Sequence record: OR525702.1
DNA length: 64,000 nucleotides
Direction: 5' to 3' (one strand)
Source of the DNA: Escherichia phage vB-Eco-KMB23
The notes beneath the pieces were generated by a model. The model was not told the DNA's origin and searched no databases. It saw only the letters and a list, made by a program, of their open reading frames with translations. The stretch's first letter is position 1, and the number at the start of each line of letters is the position of its first letter. Both the position numbers and the translations under genes were made by a program. Shown here in pieces: positions 52,185 to 63,938 of the stretch.

Positions 52185-55100
52185 ATGGCCGAGATTAAAA
52201 GAAAGTTCAGAGCAGAAGACGGTCTGGACGCAGGTGGCGATAAAATAATCAACGTAGCTTTAGCTGATCGTACCGTAGGAACTGACGGTGTTAACGTTGA
52301 TTACTTAATTCAAGAAAACACAGTTCAACAATATGATCCAACTCGTGGATATTTAAAAGATTTTGTAATCATTTATGATAACCGCTTTTGGGCTGCTATA
52401 AATGATATTCCAAAACCGGCAGGAGCTTTTAATAGCGGGCGCTGGAGAGCATTACGTACAGACGCAAACTGGATTATGGTTTCATCTGGTTCATATCAAT
52501 TAAAATCCGGTGAAGCTATTTCGGTTAATACTGCAACTGGAAATGACATCACGTTTACTTTACCATCTTCTCCAATTGATGGAGATACTATCGTTCTCCA
52601 AGATATTGGAGGAAAACCTGGAGTTAACCAAGTTTTAATTGTAGCTCCAGTACAAAGTATTGTAAACTTTAGAGGTGAACAAGTACGTTCAGTACTAATG
52701 ACTCATCCAAAGTCACAGCTAGTTTTAATTTTTAGTAATCGTCTGTGGCAAATGTATGTTGCTGATTATAGTAGAGAAGCTATAGTTGTAACACCAGCGA
52801 ATACTTATCAAGCGCAATCCAACGATTTTATCGTGCGTAGATTTACTTCTGCCGCACCGATAAATATTAAACTTCCAAGATTTGCTAATCATGGAGATAT
52901 TATTAATTTCGTCGATTTAGATAAACTAAATCCACTTTATCATACAATTGTTACTACATACGATGAAACGACTTCAGTACAAGAAGTTGGAACTCATTCC
53001 ATTGAAGGCCGTACATCGATTGACGGTTTCTTGATGTTTGATGATAATGAGAAATTGTGGAGACTGTTTGACGGGGATAGTAAAGCACGTTTACGCATTA
53101 TAACGACTAATTCTAATATTCGTCCAAACGAAGAAGTTATGGTATTTGGTGCGAATAACGGAACAACCCAAACAATTGAGCTTCAGCTTCCTACTGATAT
53201 TTCTGTTGGTGATACTGTTAAAATTTCCATGAATTACATGAGAAAAGGACAAACAGTTAAAATCAAAGCTGCCGGTGAAGATAAAATTGCTTCTTCAGTT
53301 CAATTGCTGCAATTCCCAAAACGCTCAGAATATCCGCCTGAAGCTGAATGGGTTACAGTCCAAGAATTAGTTTTTAATGGTGAAACTAATTATGTTCCAG
53401 TTTTACAGCTCGCTTATATTGAAGATTCTGATGGAAAATACTGGGTTGTACAGCAAAATGTTCCAACTGTAGAAAGAGTAGATTCTTTAAATGATTCTAC
53501 TAGAGCAAGATTAGGCGTAATTGCTTTAGCTACACAAGCTCAAGCTAATGTCGATTTAGAAAATTCTCCACAAAAAGAATTAGCAATTACTCCAGAAACG
53601 TTAGCTAATCGTACTGCTACAGAAACTCGCAGAGGTATTGCAAGAATAGCAACTACCGCTCAAGTAAATCAGAACACCACATTCTCTTTTGCAGATGACC
53701 TTATCATTACTCCTAAAAAGCTGAATGAAAGAACTGCTACAGAAACTCGTAGAGGTGTTGCTGAAATTGCTACGCAGCAAGAAACTAATACAGGTACTGA
53801 TGATACTACAATCATCACTCCTAAAAAGCTTCAAGCTCGCCAAGGTTCTGAATCATTATCTGGTATTGTAACTTTTGTATCTACTGCAGGTGCTACTCCA
53901 GCTTCTAGTCGTGAATTAAATGGTACGAATGTTTATAATAAAAACACTAATAATTTAGTTGTTTCACCTAAAGCTTTGGATCAGTATAAAGCTACTCCAA
54001 CACAGCAAGGTGCAGTAATTTTAGCAGTTGAAAGTGAAGTAATTGCTGGACAAAGTCAGGAAGGATGGGCAAATGCTGTTGTAACGCCAGAAACGTTACA
54101 TAAAAAGACATCAACTGATGGAAGAATTGGTTTAATTGAAATTGCTACACAAAGTGAAGTTAATACAGGAACTGATTATACTCGTGCAGTCACTCCTAAA
54201 ACTTTAAATGACCGTAGAGCAACTGAAAGTTTAAGTGGTATAGCTGAAATTGCTACACAAGTTGAATTCGACGCAGGCGTCGACGATACTCGTATCTCTA
54301 CACCATTAAAAATTAAAACCAGATTTAATAGTACTGATCGTACTTCTGTTGTTGCTCTATCTGGATTAGTTGAATCAGGAACTCTCTGGGACCATTATAC
54401 CCTTAATATTCTTGAAGCAAATGAGACACAGCGTGGTACACTTCGTGTAGCTACACAAGTTGAAGCTGCTGCAGGAACATTAGATAATGTTTTAATAACT
54501 CCTAAAAAGCTTTTAGGTACTAAATCTACCGAATCACAAGAAGGTGTTATTAAAGTTGCAACTCAGTCTGAAACTGTGACTGGAACGTCAGCAAATACTG
54601 CTGTATCTCCAAAAAATTTAAAATGGATTGTGCAGAGTGAACCTACCTGGGCAGCTACTACTGCGATAAGAGGTTTTGTTAAAACTTCATCTGGTTCAAT
54701 TACATTCGTTGGTAATGATACAGTCGGTTCTACCCAAGATTTAGAACTGTATGAGAAAAATAGCTATGCGGTATCACCATATGAATTAAACCGTGTATTA
54801 GCAAATTATTTGCCGTTAAAAGCAAAAGCTGCTGATACAAATTTATTGGATGGTCTAGATTCATCTCAGTTCATTCGTAGGGATATTGCACAGACGGTTA
54901 ATGGTTCACTAACCTTAACTCAACAAACGAATCTGAGTGCCCCTCTTGTATCATCTAGTACTGCTACGTTTGGCGGATCAGTTTCGGCAAACAGCACATT
55001 AACTATTTCTAATACTGGAACGGCAACTCGTCTGATTTTTGAGAAAGGACCTCAAACTGGAACTAACCCAGTACAGACGATGACTATCAGAGTTTGGGGA

Positions 55101-56054
55101 AATCAGTTTGGTGGCGGTTCAGATACAACACGTTCTACTGTATTTGAAGTTGGTGATGAAACGTCTAATCACTTTTATTCTCAACGCAATAAAGCTGGGA
55201 ATATAACGTTTAGTATCAATGGTACTGTAATGCCAATAAATGTTAATGCTTCGGGTTCTTTGAATGCGAACGGCGTTGCAACATTTGGTAGTTCAGTTAC
55301 AGCCAATGGCGAATTCATCAGCAAGTCTGCAAATGCTTTCAGAGCAATAAATGGCGACTATGGATTCTTTATTCGCAATGATGCTGCTAACACCTATTTT
55401 ATGCTTACTGCATCGGGTGATCAGACTGGCGGATTTAATGGATTACGTCCTTTAGCTATTAATAATGCATCTGGTCAAGTAACTATTGGTGAAAGCTTAA
55501 TCATTGCCAAAGGTGCTACTATAAATTCAGGTGGTTTAACTGTTAACTCGAGAATTCGTTCTCAGGGCACTAAAACCTCTGACTTATATACCCGTGCGCC
55601 AACATCTGATACCGTAGGATTCTGGTCAATTGATATTAATGATTCAGCTACTTATAACCAGTTCCCAGGTTATTTTAAAATGGTTGAAAAAACTAATGAA
55701 GTGACTGGGCTTCCGTACCTAGAACGTGGCGAAGAAGTTAAATCTCCTGGTACACTGACACAGTTTGGTAACACACTTGATTCGCTTTACCAAGATTGGA
55801 TTACTTATCCAACGACACCAGAAGCGCGTACCACTCGCTGGACACGTACATGGCAGAAAACCAAAAACTCTTGGTCAAGTTTTGTTCAGGTATTTGACGG
55901 AGGTAACCCTCCTCAACCATCTGATATCGGTGCTTTACCATCTGATAATGCTACAATGGGGAATCTTACTATTCGTGATTTCTTACGAATTGGTAATGTT
56001 CGCATTATTCCTGACCCAGTGAATAAAACTGTTAAATTTGAATGGGTTGAATAA
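52185..56054 (+). CDS. 34: long tail fibre proximal subunit
   Basis: 1289 aa, matches T4 gp34. Confidence 0.9.
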   Translation: MAEIKRKFRAEDGLDAGGDKIINVALADRTVGTDGVNVDYLIQENTVQQYDPTRGYLKDFVIIYDNRFWAAINDIPKPAGAFNSGRWRALRTDANWIMVSSGSYQLKSGEAISVNTATGNDITFTLPSSPIDGDTIVLQDIGGKPGVNQVLIVAPVQSIVNFRGEQVRSVLMTHPKSQLVLIFSNRLWQMYVADYSREAIVVTPANTYQAQSNDFIVRRFTSAAPINIKLPRFANHGDIINFVDLDKLNPLYHTIVTTYDETTSVQEVGTHSIEGRTSIDGFLMFDDNEKLWRLFDGDSKARLRIITTNSNIRPNEEVMVFGANNGTTQTIELQLPTDISVGDTVKISMNYMRKGQTVKIKAAGEDKIASSVQLLQFPKRSEYPPEAEWVTVQELVFNGETNYVPVLQLAYIEDSDGKYWVVQQNVPTVERVDSLNDSTRARLGVIALATQAQANVDLENSPQKELAITPETLANRTATETRRGIARIATTAQVNQNTTFSFADDLIITPKKLNERTATETRRGVAEIATQQETNTGTDDTTIITPKKLQARQGSESLSGIVTFVSTAGATPASSRELNGTNVYNKNTNNLVVSPKALDQYKATPTQQGAVILAVESEVIAGQSQEGWANAVVTPETLHKKTSTDGRIGLIEIATQSEVNTGTDYTRAVTPKTLNDRRATESLSGIAEIATQVEFDAGVDDTRISTPLKIKTRFNSTDRTSVVALSGLVESGTLWDHYTLNILEANETQRGTLRVATQVEAAAGTLDNVLITPKKLLGTKSTESQEGVIKVATQSETVTGTSANTAVSPKNLKWIVQSEPTWAATTAIRGFVKTSSGSITFVGNDTVGSTQDLELYEKNSYAVSPYELNRVLANYLPLKAKAADTNLLDGLDSSQFIRRDIAQTVNGSLTLTQQTNLSAPLVSSSTATFGGSVSANSTLTISNTGTATRLIFEKGPQTGTNPVQTMTIRVWGNQFGGGSDTTRSTVFEVGDETSNHFYSQRNKAGNITFSINGTVMPINVNASGSLNANGVATFGSSVTANGEFISKSANAFRAINGDYGFFIRNDAANTYFMLTASGDQTGGFNGLRPLAINNASGQVTIGESLIIAKGATINSGGLTVNSRIRSQGTKTSDLYTRAPTSDTVGFWSIDINDSATYNQFPGYFKMVEKTNEVTGLPYLERGEEVKSPGTLTQFGNTLDSLYQDWITYPTTPEARTTRWTRTWQKTKNSWSSFVQVFDGGNPPQPSDIGALPSDNATMGNLTIRDFLRIGNVRIIPDPVNKTVKFEWVE

Positions 56055-56062
56055 GAGGTATT

Positions 56063-57178
56063 ATGGAAAAATTTATGGCAGAGTTTGGACAAGGATATGT
56101 CCAAACGCCATTTTTATCGGAAAGCAATTCAGTAAGATATAAAATAAGCATAGCGGGTTCTTGCCCGCTTTCTACAGCAGGACCATACGTTAAATTTCAG
56201 GATAATCCTGTAGGAAGTCAAACATTTAGCGCAGGCCTTCATTTAAGAGTTTTTGACCCTTCCACCGGAGCATTAGTTGATAGTAAATCATATGCTTTTT
56301 CGACTTCAAATGATACTACATCAGCTGCCTTTGTTAGTTTCATGAATTCTTTGACGAATAATCGAATTGTTGCTATATTAACTAACGGAAAGGTTAATTT
56401 TCCTCCTGAAGTAGTATCTTGGTTAAGAACAGCAGGAACGTCTGCTTTTCCATCTGACTCTGTATTGTCAAGATTCGACGTATCATATGCTGCTTTTTAT
56501 ACTTCTTCTAAAAGAGCTATTGCATTAGAGCATGTTAAACTGAGTAATAGAAAAAGCACAGATGATTATCAAACTATTTTAGATGTTGTATTTGACAGTT
56601 TAGAAGACGTCGGAGCTACCGGGTTTCCAAGAAGAACGTATGAAAGCGTTGAGCAATTTATGTCAGCGGTTGGTGGAACTAATAACGAAATTGCCCGTCT
56701 ACCTACAGCATCTGCAATAAGTAAATTATCTGATTATAATTTAATTCCTGGCGATGTTCTTTATCTTAAAGCTCAGTTATATGCTGATGCCGATTTACTT
56801 GCTCTTGGAACTACAAATATATCTATCCGTTTTTATAATGCATCAAATGGATATATTTCCTCGACACAAGCTGAATTTACCGGACAAGCTGGGTCATGGG
56901 AATTAAAGGAAGATTATGTAGTTGTTCCAGAAAACGCTGTAGGATTTACGATATATGCACAAAGAACTGCTAAAGCTGGCCAAGGTGGCATGAGAAATTT
57001 AAGCTTTTCTGAAGTATCAAGAAACGGCGGTATTTCAAAACCTGCTGAATTTGGCGTCAACGGTATTCGTGTTAATTATATCTGTGAATCCGCTTCACCT
57101 CCGGATATAATGGTACTTCCTACGCAAGCATCGTCTAAAACTGGTAAAGTGTTTGGGCAAGAATTTAGAGAAGTATAA
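56063..57178 (+). CDS. 35: long tail fibre hinge protein
   Basis: 371 aa. Confidence 0.85.
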   Translation: MEKFMAEFGQGYVQTPFLSESNSVRYKISIAGSCPLSTAGPYVKFQDNPVGSQTFSAGLHLRVFDPSTGALVDSKSYAFSTSNDTTSAAFVSFMNSLTNNRIVAILTNGKVNFPPEVVSWLRTAGTSAFPSDSVLSRFDVSYAAFYTSSKRAIALEHVKLSNRKSTDDYQTILDVVFDSLEDVGATGFPRRTYESVEQFMSAVGGTNNEIARLPTASAISKLSDYNLIPGDVLYLKAQLYADADLLALGTTNISIRFYNASNGYISSTQAEFTGQAGSWELKEDYVVVPENAVGFTIYAQRTAKAGQGGMRNLSFSEVSRNGGISKPAEFGVNGIRVNYICESASPPDIMVLPTQASSKTGKVFGQEFREV

Positions 57179-57183
57179 ATTGA

Positions 57184-57201
57184 GGGAGCCTTCGGGTTCC
57201 C
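57184..57201 (+). terminator. hairpin with UUCG loop after gene 35
   Basis: GGGAGCC-ttcg-GGTTCCC then T-run. Confidence 0.6.
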
Positions 57202-57209
57202 TTTTTCTT

Positions 57210-57217
57210 TATAAATA
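57210..57217 (+). promoter_or_regulatory. late promoter motif TATAAATA for gene 36
   Basis: Exact TATAAATA 24 bp upstream of ATG 57241. Confidence 0.65.
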
Positions 57218-57240
57218 CTATTAAAATAAAGGGGCATACA

Positions 57241-57906
57241 ATGGCTGATTTAAAAGTAGGTTCAACAACTGGAGGCTCTGTCATTTGGCATCAAGGAAAT
57301 TTTCCATTGAATCCGGCCGGTGACGATGTACTCTATAAATCATTTAAAATATATTCAGAATATAACAAACCACAAGCTGCAGATAACGATTTCGTTTCTA
57401 AAGCTAATGGTGGTACTTATGCATCAAAGGTAACATTTAACGGCGGCGTCCAAGTCCCGTATGCTGTAAACAACACAAACCCATGCGGTATTTATCCAGG
57501 TAACGGTGATAATGCTACTTTTGCTGTAGCAAATATTGATATTGTTTCGTGGAATGGTATTGGTTTTAAATCATCGCAGGGTTCAGCAGCCCGAACTGTT
57601 GTAATTAATGCACGTAATGGTGATATTAGCACAAAAGGTGTTGTGTCTGCGGCAGGTCAAGTAAGAAGTGATGCAGCTGCTCCTATAGCAGCGAATGACC
57701 TTACTAGAAAGGACTATGTTGATGGAGCAATAAATACTGTTACAGCAAATGCGAACTCTAGAGTGTTGCGTTCTGGCGACACTATGATAGGTAATTTAAC
57801 CGCGCCAAACTTTTTCTCACAGAATCCTGCGTCTCAACCTTCTCACGTTCCGCGATTTGATCAAATCGTAATTAAGGATTCTGTTCAAGATTTCGGCTAT
57901 TATTAA
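57241..57906 (+). CDS. 36: long tail fibre distal subunit (small)
   Basis: 221 aa, matches T4 gp36. Confidence 0.9.
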   Translation: MADLKVGSTTGGSVIWHQGNFPLNPAGDDVLYKSFKIYSEYNKPQAADNDFVSKANGGTYASKVTFNGGVQVPYAVNNTNPCGIYPGNGDNATFAVANIDIVSWNGIGFKSSQGSAARTVVINARNGDISTKGVVSAAGQVRSDAAAPIAANDLTRKDYVDGAINTVTANANSRVLRSGDTMIGNLTAPNFFSQNPASQPSHVPRFDQIVIKDSVQDFGYY

Positions 57907-57914
57907 GAGGACTT

Positions 57915-60900
57915 ATGGCTACTTTAAAACAAATACAATTTAAAAGAAGCAAAACTGCAGGTCAACGTCCTGCTGCTTCAGTATTAGCCGAAGGTGAATT
58001 GGCTATAAACTTAAAAGATAGAACAATTTTTACTAAAGACGATTCAGGAAATATCATTGACTTAAGCATTACCGCTGGCGGTAATATCAGTGGTAATATC
58101 ACTCAAACTGGTGATTATACACAGACTGGAAAATTTAATTTAATTGGCCCGCAGATTATAGCAAGTGGTGGATATATTGAGTTTAATTATCGTACTACTG
58201 GAAGTGGGGCTTGGTCCGGTCAACACACTGCAAAGGCTCCAATTTTTGTAGATTTAAGCTCAGCTACTTCCACATCTGAATATAATCCTATAATTAAACA
58301 GCGCTTTAAAGATGGAACTTTTTCATTAGGTACTTTAGTTTCTGAAGGTTCGTTGAAGATTCATTATATTGATGAAACTGGTCAATCTAAATATTGGACA
58401 TTTGCGCGCTCAGGTAATTTTCAAGTTGATTCTGGTAATTTATTAGTATCTGGTGGGTATTTAGTCGCTCAGAGTAATATTGAAACAAGAACAGGTTCTT
58501 TGATTGGTCCATCTGTTGTAACTAAAAATATTTCATTTGATACGAAAGCGTTTGGACAATACGATTCGCAGTCATTAGTTCAATATGTTTATCCTGGAAC
58601 TGGTGAAACAAACGGAATTAATTACCTTCGTAAATTCCGTGCAAAATCTGGTGGTACGATTTATCATGAATTAGCTTCTGCACAAACCGGAAAAAGTGAT
58701 GAACTGTCTTGGTGGACCGGTAATACAGCCGTTAATAAACAAATGGGCCTTCGCAATGATGGGTCTTTAGTGTTGCGACGCTCACTCGCAATTGGTACAA
58801 TTACAACAGATGAAAACATTAATAATTACGGCTCCACTGGAGCAATGGGTGAATGCTATATAGTCATTGGAGATGCCGCAACTGGTGTATCATATAAAAG
58901 ATCTGGTGTATATGATTTAGTTGCTAATGGTCTTTCTATCGCGTCTATTACTCCTGACAGTTTCCGTAGTACTCGTAAAGCATTATTTGGACGTTCAGAA
59001 GACCAAGGCGGAACATGGATTATGCCTGGAACGAACGCTGCTTTTTTATCGGTTCAAACACAGGCTGATGAAAACTCTGCTGGAGATGGTCAAACCCACA
59101 TTGGATATAACTCTGGCGGTAAAATGAACCACTATTTCCGTGGTAAAGGAAAAACTAATATTAATACTCAAGAAGGCATGGAAGTTAACCCAGGTATTTT
59201 GAAATTGGTAACTGGCTCTAATAATGTAATGTTTTATGCTGATGGCGGTATTACATCTGTTAAGCAGCTTTCAATATATAACGGCATATATTTAGCAGCT
59301 AATAATTCTACTGCTGGGCTAACATTCGCTCCAACTACTACAATTGATGGCACTAAGCAAATTTTGTGGGAAGGCGGTACTCGTGCTGGTCAGAATAAAA
59401 GCTATGTAACTGTTAAAGCATGGGGTAATTCATTTAACGCATCTGGCGATCGTAATCGTGAAACGGTTTTTGAAGTAGCTGATGGACAAGGATATTATTT
59501 TTATTCACAGCGTGTGGCTCCAAGTGGCTCTGAAACTACTGGGCCTGTTGTAACCCAGTTCAATGGACAAGTTAATGCTAGAGGAAGTATTATTACTGAC
59601 GGAAGTTTTAAAGTTAATGGATTAAGCACTTTAGTCGGTAATGTTACCATGTCTAATGGTTTGTTTGTCCAAGGTGGTTCTTCTATTACTGGACAAGTAA
59701 AAATTGGTGGAACTGCTGATGCATTAAGAATTTGGAATGCCGAATACGGTGCTATTTTCCGTCGCTCAGAAACAGCATTACATATTATCCCGACTCCTAA
59801 AGATGCCGGTGAAAGTGGTGGAATAAGTAATCTCCGCCCACTTAGTATTAGTCTTAATAATGGTATGGTACAAATGCGCCATTCTGTTACGTTAGGCGAT
59901 GATGGCGCTGGCGGTAATATGATTACTGTGGACAACGATACCAAACTTGTTGTTGTTACTAGTAATAGTCGCATTTCTCCTAATTACCGTATGCAGGTAG
60001 GACAAGCAGCTTATATTGATGCTGAATGTACTGACACAGTTCGCCCGGCTGGTGCAGGGTCTTTTGCTTCACAAAATAATGAAAACGTTCGTGCTCCATT
60101 CTATATGAATATTAATCGTACAGATACAAGTACTTACGTTCCTATTTTGAAACAACGATATGTCCAAGGAAACAGTTGTTATTCTCTGGGAACTCTAATT
60201 AACGGCGGTAACTTCAGAGTTCATTATCATGAAGGCGGCGATGGCGGTTCGACTGGCGCTATTATAAAGGATTTAGGTTGGGAATTTAACAAAAATGGTG
60301 ATTTTATATCTCCTAAGCGTGTTTCTGCTGGGGGTTCAGTTTATTTAGGTACAGACGGCAATATTACAGGTGGTTCTGGCAATTTTGCTAATTTAAACAG
60401 TACAATTGAATCACTTAAAACCGATATTGTATCGAGTTACCCAATCGGTGCTCCTATTCCATGGCCAACGGATACTCCTCCTGACGGTTACGCTATTATG
60501 GAAGGTCAGACTTTTGATAAGTCTGCATACCCAAAATTGGCTATGGCTTACCCATCTGGCGTAATTCCAGATATGCGCGGGCAAACTATTAAAGGTAAAC
60601 CAAGTGGTCGAGCTGTATTAAGCGCAGAAGCCGATGGTGTTAAGGCTCATAGCCATAGTGCATCGGCTTCAAGTACTGACTTGGGTACTAAAACTACGTC
60701 GAGTTTTGATTATGGTACTAAGACGACAAGTAGCTTTGACTATGGCACTAAGACTAGCAATACCACAGGTAACCACTCTCATACTGTAAGCGGTACTACG
60801 AGTTCTGCTGGTGCACACCAACATGCGCGCTCAGGTCCTCAGTTACAAGCCGGCATACCCAATAACATATTCTATGACGGATATAATAGTGTAGGTGCAA

Positions 60901-61193
60901 ACGCCAACGCTAAAATCACCGGATCTGTGAGCGGTGCTACTGCAGGGTCGAATATAGCCAAAACTTCTTCAGACGGTGCTCATACTCATACTTGGTCTGG
61001 TACTACAAGCACTACAGGTAACCATGCTCACACAGTAGGTATCGGTGCTCATACCCATACTGTAGGTATCGGTGCTCATACCCACACGGTAGCAATTGGC
61101 TCGCATGGTCATACTATCACTGTAAATAGTACAGGTAATACAGAAAACACGGTTAAAAACATTGCTTTTAACTATATCGTTCGTTTAGCATAA
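57915..61193 (+). CDS. 37: long tail fibre distal subunit with receptor-binding tip
   Basis: 1092 aa; C-terminus ...[31 protein letters not shown] with HxH repeats as in T4 gp37. Confidence 0.9.
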   Translation: MATLKQIQFKRSKTAGQRPAASVLAEGELAINLKDRTIFTKDDSGNIIDLSITAGGNISGNITQTGDYTQTGKFNLIGPQIIASGGYIEFNYRTTGSGAWSGQHTAKAPIFVDLSSATSTSEYNPIIKQRFKDGTFSLGTLVSEGSLKIHYIDETGQSKYWTFARSGNFQVDSGNLLVSGGYLVAQSNIETRTGSLIGPSVVTKNISFDTKAFGQYDSQSLVQYVYPGTGETNGINYLRKFRAKSGGTIYHELASAQTGKSDELSWWTGNTAVNKQMGLRNDGSLVLRRSLAIGTITTDENINNYGSTGAMGECYIVIGDAATGVSYKRSGVYDLVANGLSIASITPDSFRSTRKALFGRSEDQGGTWIMPGTNAAFLSVQTQADENSAGDGQTHIGYNSGGKMNHYFRGKGKTNINTQEGMEVNPGILKLVTGSNNVMFYADGGITSVKQLSIYNGIYLAANNSTAGLTFAPTTTIDGTKQILWEGGTRAGQNKSYVTVKAWGNSFNASGDRNRETVFEVADGQGYYFYSQRVAPSGSETTGPVVTQFNGQVNARGSIITDGSFKVNGLSTLVGNVTMSNGLFVQGGSSITGQVKIGGTADALRIWNAEYGAIFRRSETALHIIPTPKDAGESGGISNLRPLSISLNNGMVQMRHSVTLGDDGAGGNMITVDNDTKLVVVTSNSRISPNYRMQVGQAAYIDAECTDTVRPAGAGSFASQNNENVRAPFYMNINRTDTSTYVPILKQRYVQGNSCYSLGTLINGGNFRVHYHEGGDGGSTGAIIKDLGWEFNKNGDFISPKRVSAGGSVYLGTDGNITGGSGNFANLNSTIESLKTDIVSSYPIGAPIPWPTDTPPDGYAIMEGQTFDKSAYPKLAMAYPSGVIPDMRGQTIKGKPSGRAVLSAEADGVKAHSHSASASSTDLGTKTTSSFDYGTKTTSSFDYGTKTSNTTGNHSHTVSGTTSSAGAHQHARSGPQLQAGIPNNIFYDGYNSVGANANAKITGSVSGATAGSNIAKTSSDGAHTHTWSGTTSTTGNHAHTVGIGAHTHTVGIGAHTHTVAIGSHGHTITVNSTGNTENTVKNIAFNYIVRLA

Positions 61194-61220
61194 GGAGAGG
61201 GGCTTCGGCCCCTTCTGAAT
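61192..61220 (+). promoter_or_regulatory. gene 38 split ribosome-binding site (SD, hairpin, AUG)
   Basis: AAGGAGAGG followed by GGGGC-ttcg-GCCCC hairpin and ATG 61221. Confidence 0.6.
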
Positions 61221-61772
61221 ATGAAAATATATCATTATTATTTTGACACTAAAGAATTTTACAAAGAAGAAAATTACAAACCGGTTAAAGGACTCGGTCT
61301 TCCTGCTCATTCAACAATTAAAAAACCTTTAGAACCTAAAGAAGGATACGCAGTTGTATTTGATGAACGTACTCAAGATTGGATTTATGAAGAAGACCAT
61401 CGCGGCAAACGAGCATGGACTTTTAATAAAGAAGAAATTTTTATAAGTGACATTGGAAGCCCGGTTGGTATAACCTTTGATGAGCCCGGCGAATTTGATA
61501 TATGGACTGATGACGGTTGGAAAGAAGACGAAACATATAAACGCGTTTTAATTCGCAATAGAAAAATTGAAGAATTATACAAAGAATTCCAAGTTTTAAA
61601 TAATATGATTGAAGCTTCTGTCGCGAATAAAAAGGAAAAATTCTATTATAAAAACCTTAAGCGGTTCTTTGCTCTTTTAGAAAAGCATGAGCATTTAGGT
61701 GGTGAATTCCCTTCATGGCCTGAAAAAGAACGGAAACCTTGGTATAAGCGTTTATTCAAGCATTACGTATAA
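61221..61772 (+). CDS. 38: tail fibre assembly chaperone (T4-type gp38)
   Basis: 183 aa, matches T4 gp38. Confidence 0.9.
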   Translation: MKIYHYYFDTKEFYKEENYKPVKGLGLPAHSTIKKPLEPKEGYAVVFDERTQDWIYEEDHRGKRAWTFNKEEIFISDIGSPVGITFDEPGEFDIWTDDGWKEDETYKRVLIRNRKIEELYKEFQVLNNMIEASVANKKEKFYYKNLKRFFALLEKHEHLGGEFPSWPEKERKPWYKRLFKHYV

Positions 61773-61775
61773 ATA
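61768..61775 (+). promoter_or_regulatory. late promoter motif TATAAATA for holin gene t
   Basis: Exact TATAAATA overlapping gene 38 stop; SD AAGGAGGG before ATG 61793. Confidence 0.65.
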
Positions 61776-61792
61776 TCTTAAAAGGAGGGTCT

Positions 61793-62449
61793 ATGGCAGC
61801 ACCTAGAATATCATTTTCGCCCTCTGATATTCTGTTTGGTGTTCTAGATCGCTTGTTCAAAGATAACGCTACCGGGAAAGTTCTTGCTTCCCGGGTAGCT
61901 GTCGTAATTCTTTTATTTATGATGGCGATTGTTTGGTATAGGGGAGATAGTTTCTTTGAGTACTATAAGCAATCAAAGTATGAAACATACAGTGAAATTA
62001 TTGAAAAGGAAAGAAATGCACGCTTTGAATCTGTCGCCCTGGAACAACTCCAGATAGTTCATATATCATCTGAGGCAGACTTTAGTGCGGTGTATTCTTT
62101 CCGCCCTAAAAACTTAAACTATTTTGTTGATATTATAGCATACGAAGGAAGATTACCTTCAACAATAACTGAAAAATCACTTGGAGGATATCCTGTTGAT
62201 AAAACTATGGATGAATATATAGTTCATTTAAATGGACGTCATTATTATTCTGACTCAAAATTTGCTTTTTTACCAACTAAAAAGCCTACTCCCGAAATAA
62301 ACTACATGTACAGTTGTCCATATTTTAATTTGGATAATATCTATGCTGGAACGATAACCATGTACTGGTATAGAAATGATCATATAAGTAATGACCGCCT
62401 TGAATCAATATGTGCTCAGGCGGCCAGAATATTAGGAAGGGCTAAATAA
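61793..62449 (+). CDS. t: holin
   Basis: 218 aa, single N-terminal transmembrane segment, matches T4 T. Confidence 0.9.
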   Translation: MAAPRISFSPSDILFGVLDRLFKDNATGKVLASRVAVVILLFMMAIVWYRGDSFFEYYKQSKYETYSEIIEKERNARFESVALEQLQIVHISSEADFSAVYSFRPKNLNYFVDIIAYEGRLPSTITEKSLGGYPVDKTMDEYIVHLNGRHYYSDSKFAFLPTKKPTPEINYMYSCPYFNLDNIYAGTITMYWYRNDHISNDRLESICAQAARILGRAK

Positions 62450-62722
62450 TTATTTGTTCGTATACATCTCTAGATATCGATATACACCCTCAAAACCCTC
62501 GTTGAATTCGTCGATGAGGGTTTTCTTATCTTCTTGAGTTAATTCAGAAACAATTTTACGGAATGAATTCTGATTTAATTTTCTACCTTCATGCGTTACT
62601 CCAATCTCATTCAGAAATGCAATAAAATTAGCACGATTTTCAACAATATCTTCTCTGGAAAATTTAATCAAAATAGACGCAACAGTAATAATTTCACGAA
62701 CTGTATCAATGTTTTTATTCAT
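62450..62722 (-). CDS. asiA: anti-sigma-70 factor
   Basis: 90 aa, matches T4 AsiA. Confidence 0.9.
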   Translation of the reverse strand: MNKNIDTVREIITVASILIKFSREDIVENRANFIAFLNEIGVTHEGRKLNQNSFRKIVSELTQEDKKTLIDEFNEGFEGVYRYLEMYTNK

Positions 62723-62750
62723 TAACTATACCACTCAATTAGTTGACTTT

Positions 62751-62783
62751 GTTATAATATCATCAGACGCTTGATTTGTAAAC
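62751..62783 (-). promoter_or_regulatory. early sigma70-type promoter for asiA
   Basis: GTTTAC, 17 nt, ATATTATAAC on minus strand. Confidence 0.5.
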
Positions 62784-62883
62784 TGGTCTGTGTTATTTTC
62801 TTCAAAAATTTTTTCTACGAATTCCTTGAACGACTTACGTTCCTGAGCTACATTATGCTCGATTACCTTTTCAAGATTATGAC

Positions 62884-63162
62884 TCATTCGAAATAATCTT
62901 CAATTTCATAATCATGGACATAAATCATTATAGTTTTTAATACATCATCAATACTTTTTCCTGGAGCTGGAATTACGTAAAAATACCCTGCTTTTGAGAG
63001 GTCTTTATAAGTTCCAATCAAGAAATCATTATTCTCAAGATGTAGTTCTTCAACTAATTCATTAACAATTGAGTGGTATAAATTTGGTAGAAACTTATAT
63101 AGCTTTTCTAGAATATCAATTTTGATTGTGTATTGAACCACAGACTGAGAATCAATAATCAT
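62884..63162 (-). CDS. arn: anti-restriction protein Arn-like
   Basis: 92-aa acidic protein at the T4 arn position. Confidence 0.7.
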   Translation of the reverse strand: MIIDSQSVVQYTIKIDILEKLYKFLPNLYHSIVNELVEELHLENNDFLIGTYKDLSKAGYFYVIPAPGKSIDDVLKTIMIYVHDYEIEDYFE

Positions 63163-63245
63163 AGACCTTCCCCTTATGTTTCTGTTTGCGATTAGATTCT
63201 TTAAACGCTTTCTTCTTATCCTTATGAACAGAAGCTTTATTGAAA

Positions 63246-63464
63246 TTATGTTTTGCGACTAAATTGTTCATAGTGCTGAATTACCTCTCTCAAACATTTG
63301 CATGTGAATGAAAACTTTTTAGCTACACCACATTCAAATATATGTTCTCTTAAATCGCGTGTATCGGTATATCCCATCTCAACAATAAAATGCCGTATTA
63401 GATTTTTATCTTTATCATTGAGAGAATTAAAATAATCAGATTTTGAATTAATTTCCCTGGCCAA
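63246..63464 (-). CDS. hypothetical protein
   Basis: 72-aa ORF. Confidence 0.5.
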   Translation of the reverse strand: MAREINSKSDYFNSLNDKDKNLIRHFIVEMGYTDTRDLREHIFECGVAKKFSFTCKCLREVIQHYEQFSRKT

Positions 63465-63744
63465 ATTGAATCACCTTCAGTTGACGTTTTAATTCTTTTA
63501 TCATTTCTTCGTTCATCGCAATATAAAGATCGCGTAAAGCAGGTTTTAGCATTCCATTTACTGGAGAACTAAATGGACATACATAATCTTTTCCTACAAG
63601 CTTTTTGGCAAATTCCATATCACAAAATTTAAATGCCGGCTCATTCGCATAAATTCCCCAATTAGTTGACATCATTTTATTGGCATATTCCAGTGCCTGG
63701 ATTTGATTCATAATTCCATCGATTTGAAACTTTTTAATATTCAT
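63448..63744 (-). CDS. hypothetical protein
   Basis: 98-aa ORF. Confidence 0.5.
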   Translation of the reverse strand: MNIKKFQIDGIMNQIQALEYANKMMSTNWGIYANEPAFKFCDMEFAKKLVGKDYVCPFSSPVNGMLKPALRDLYIAMNEEMIKELKRQLKVIQFGQGN

Positions 63745-63938
63745 TAGTAAAGGTCCTCAGAGTAAAGTTCTTTTTCACTACCACCACGTTCAATACGTAC
63801 TTGTCCAGCGTAAGTTGCAATAATCATTGCTTCTTCACGTGTCCAATAATTACTGTATTGGTCAATAAACCCTTGGTCATCATCACAAACTTGTTGAGTA
63901 ACTAATTGAGGTTTAACTACATCTAAAACTTCGGCCAT
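63744..63938 (-). CDS. hypothetical protein
   Basis: 64-aa ORF. Confidence 0.45.
   Translation of the reverse strand: MAEVLDVVKPQLVTQQVCDDDQGFIDQYSNYWTREEAMIIATYAGQVRIERGGSEKELYSEDLY

Noticed and set aside
59501-59974. 157-aa minus-strand ORF inside gene 37
   Set aside because: Antisense to the tail fibre gene, no start context.
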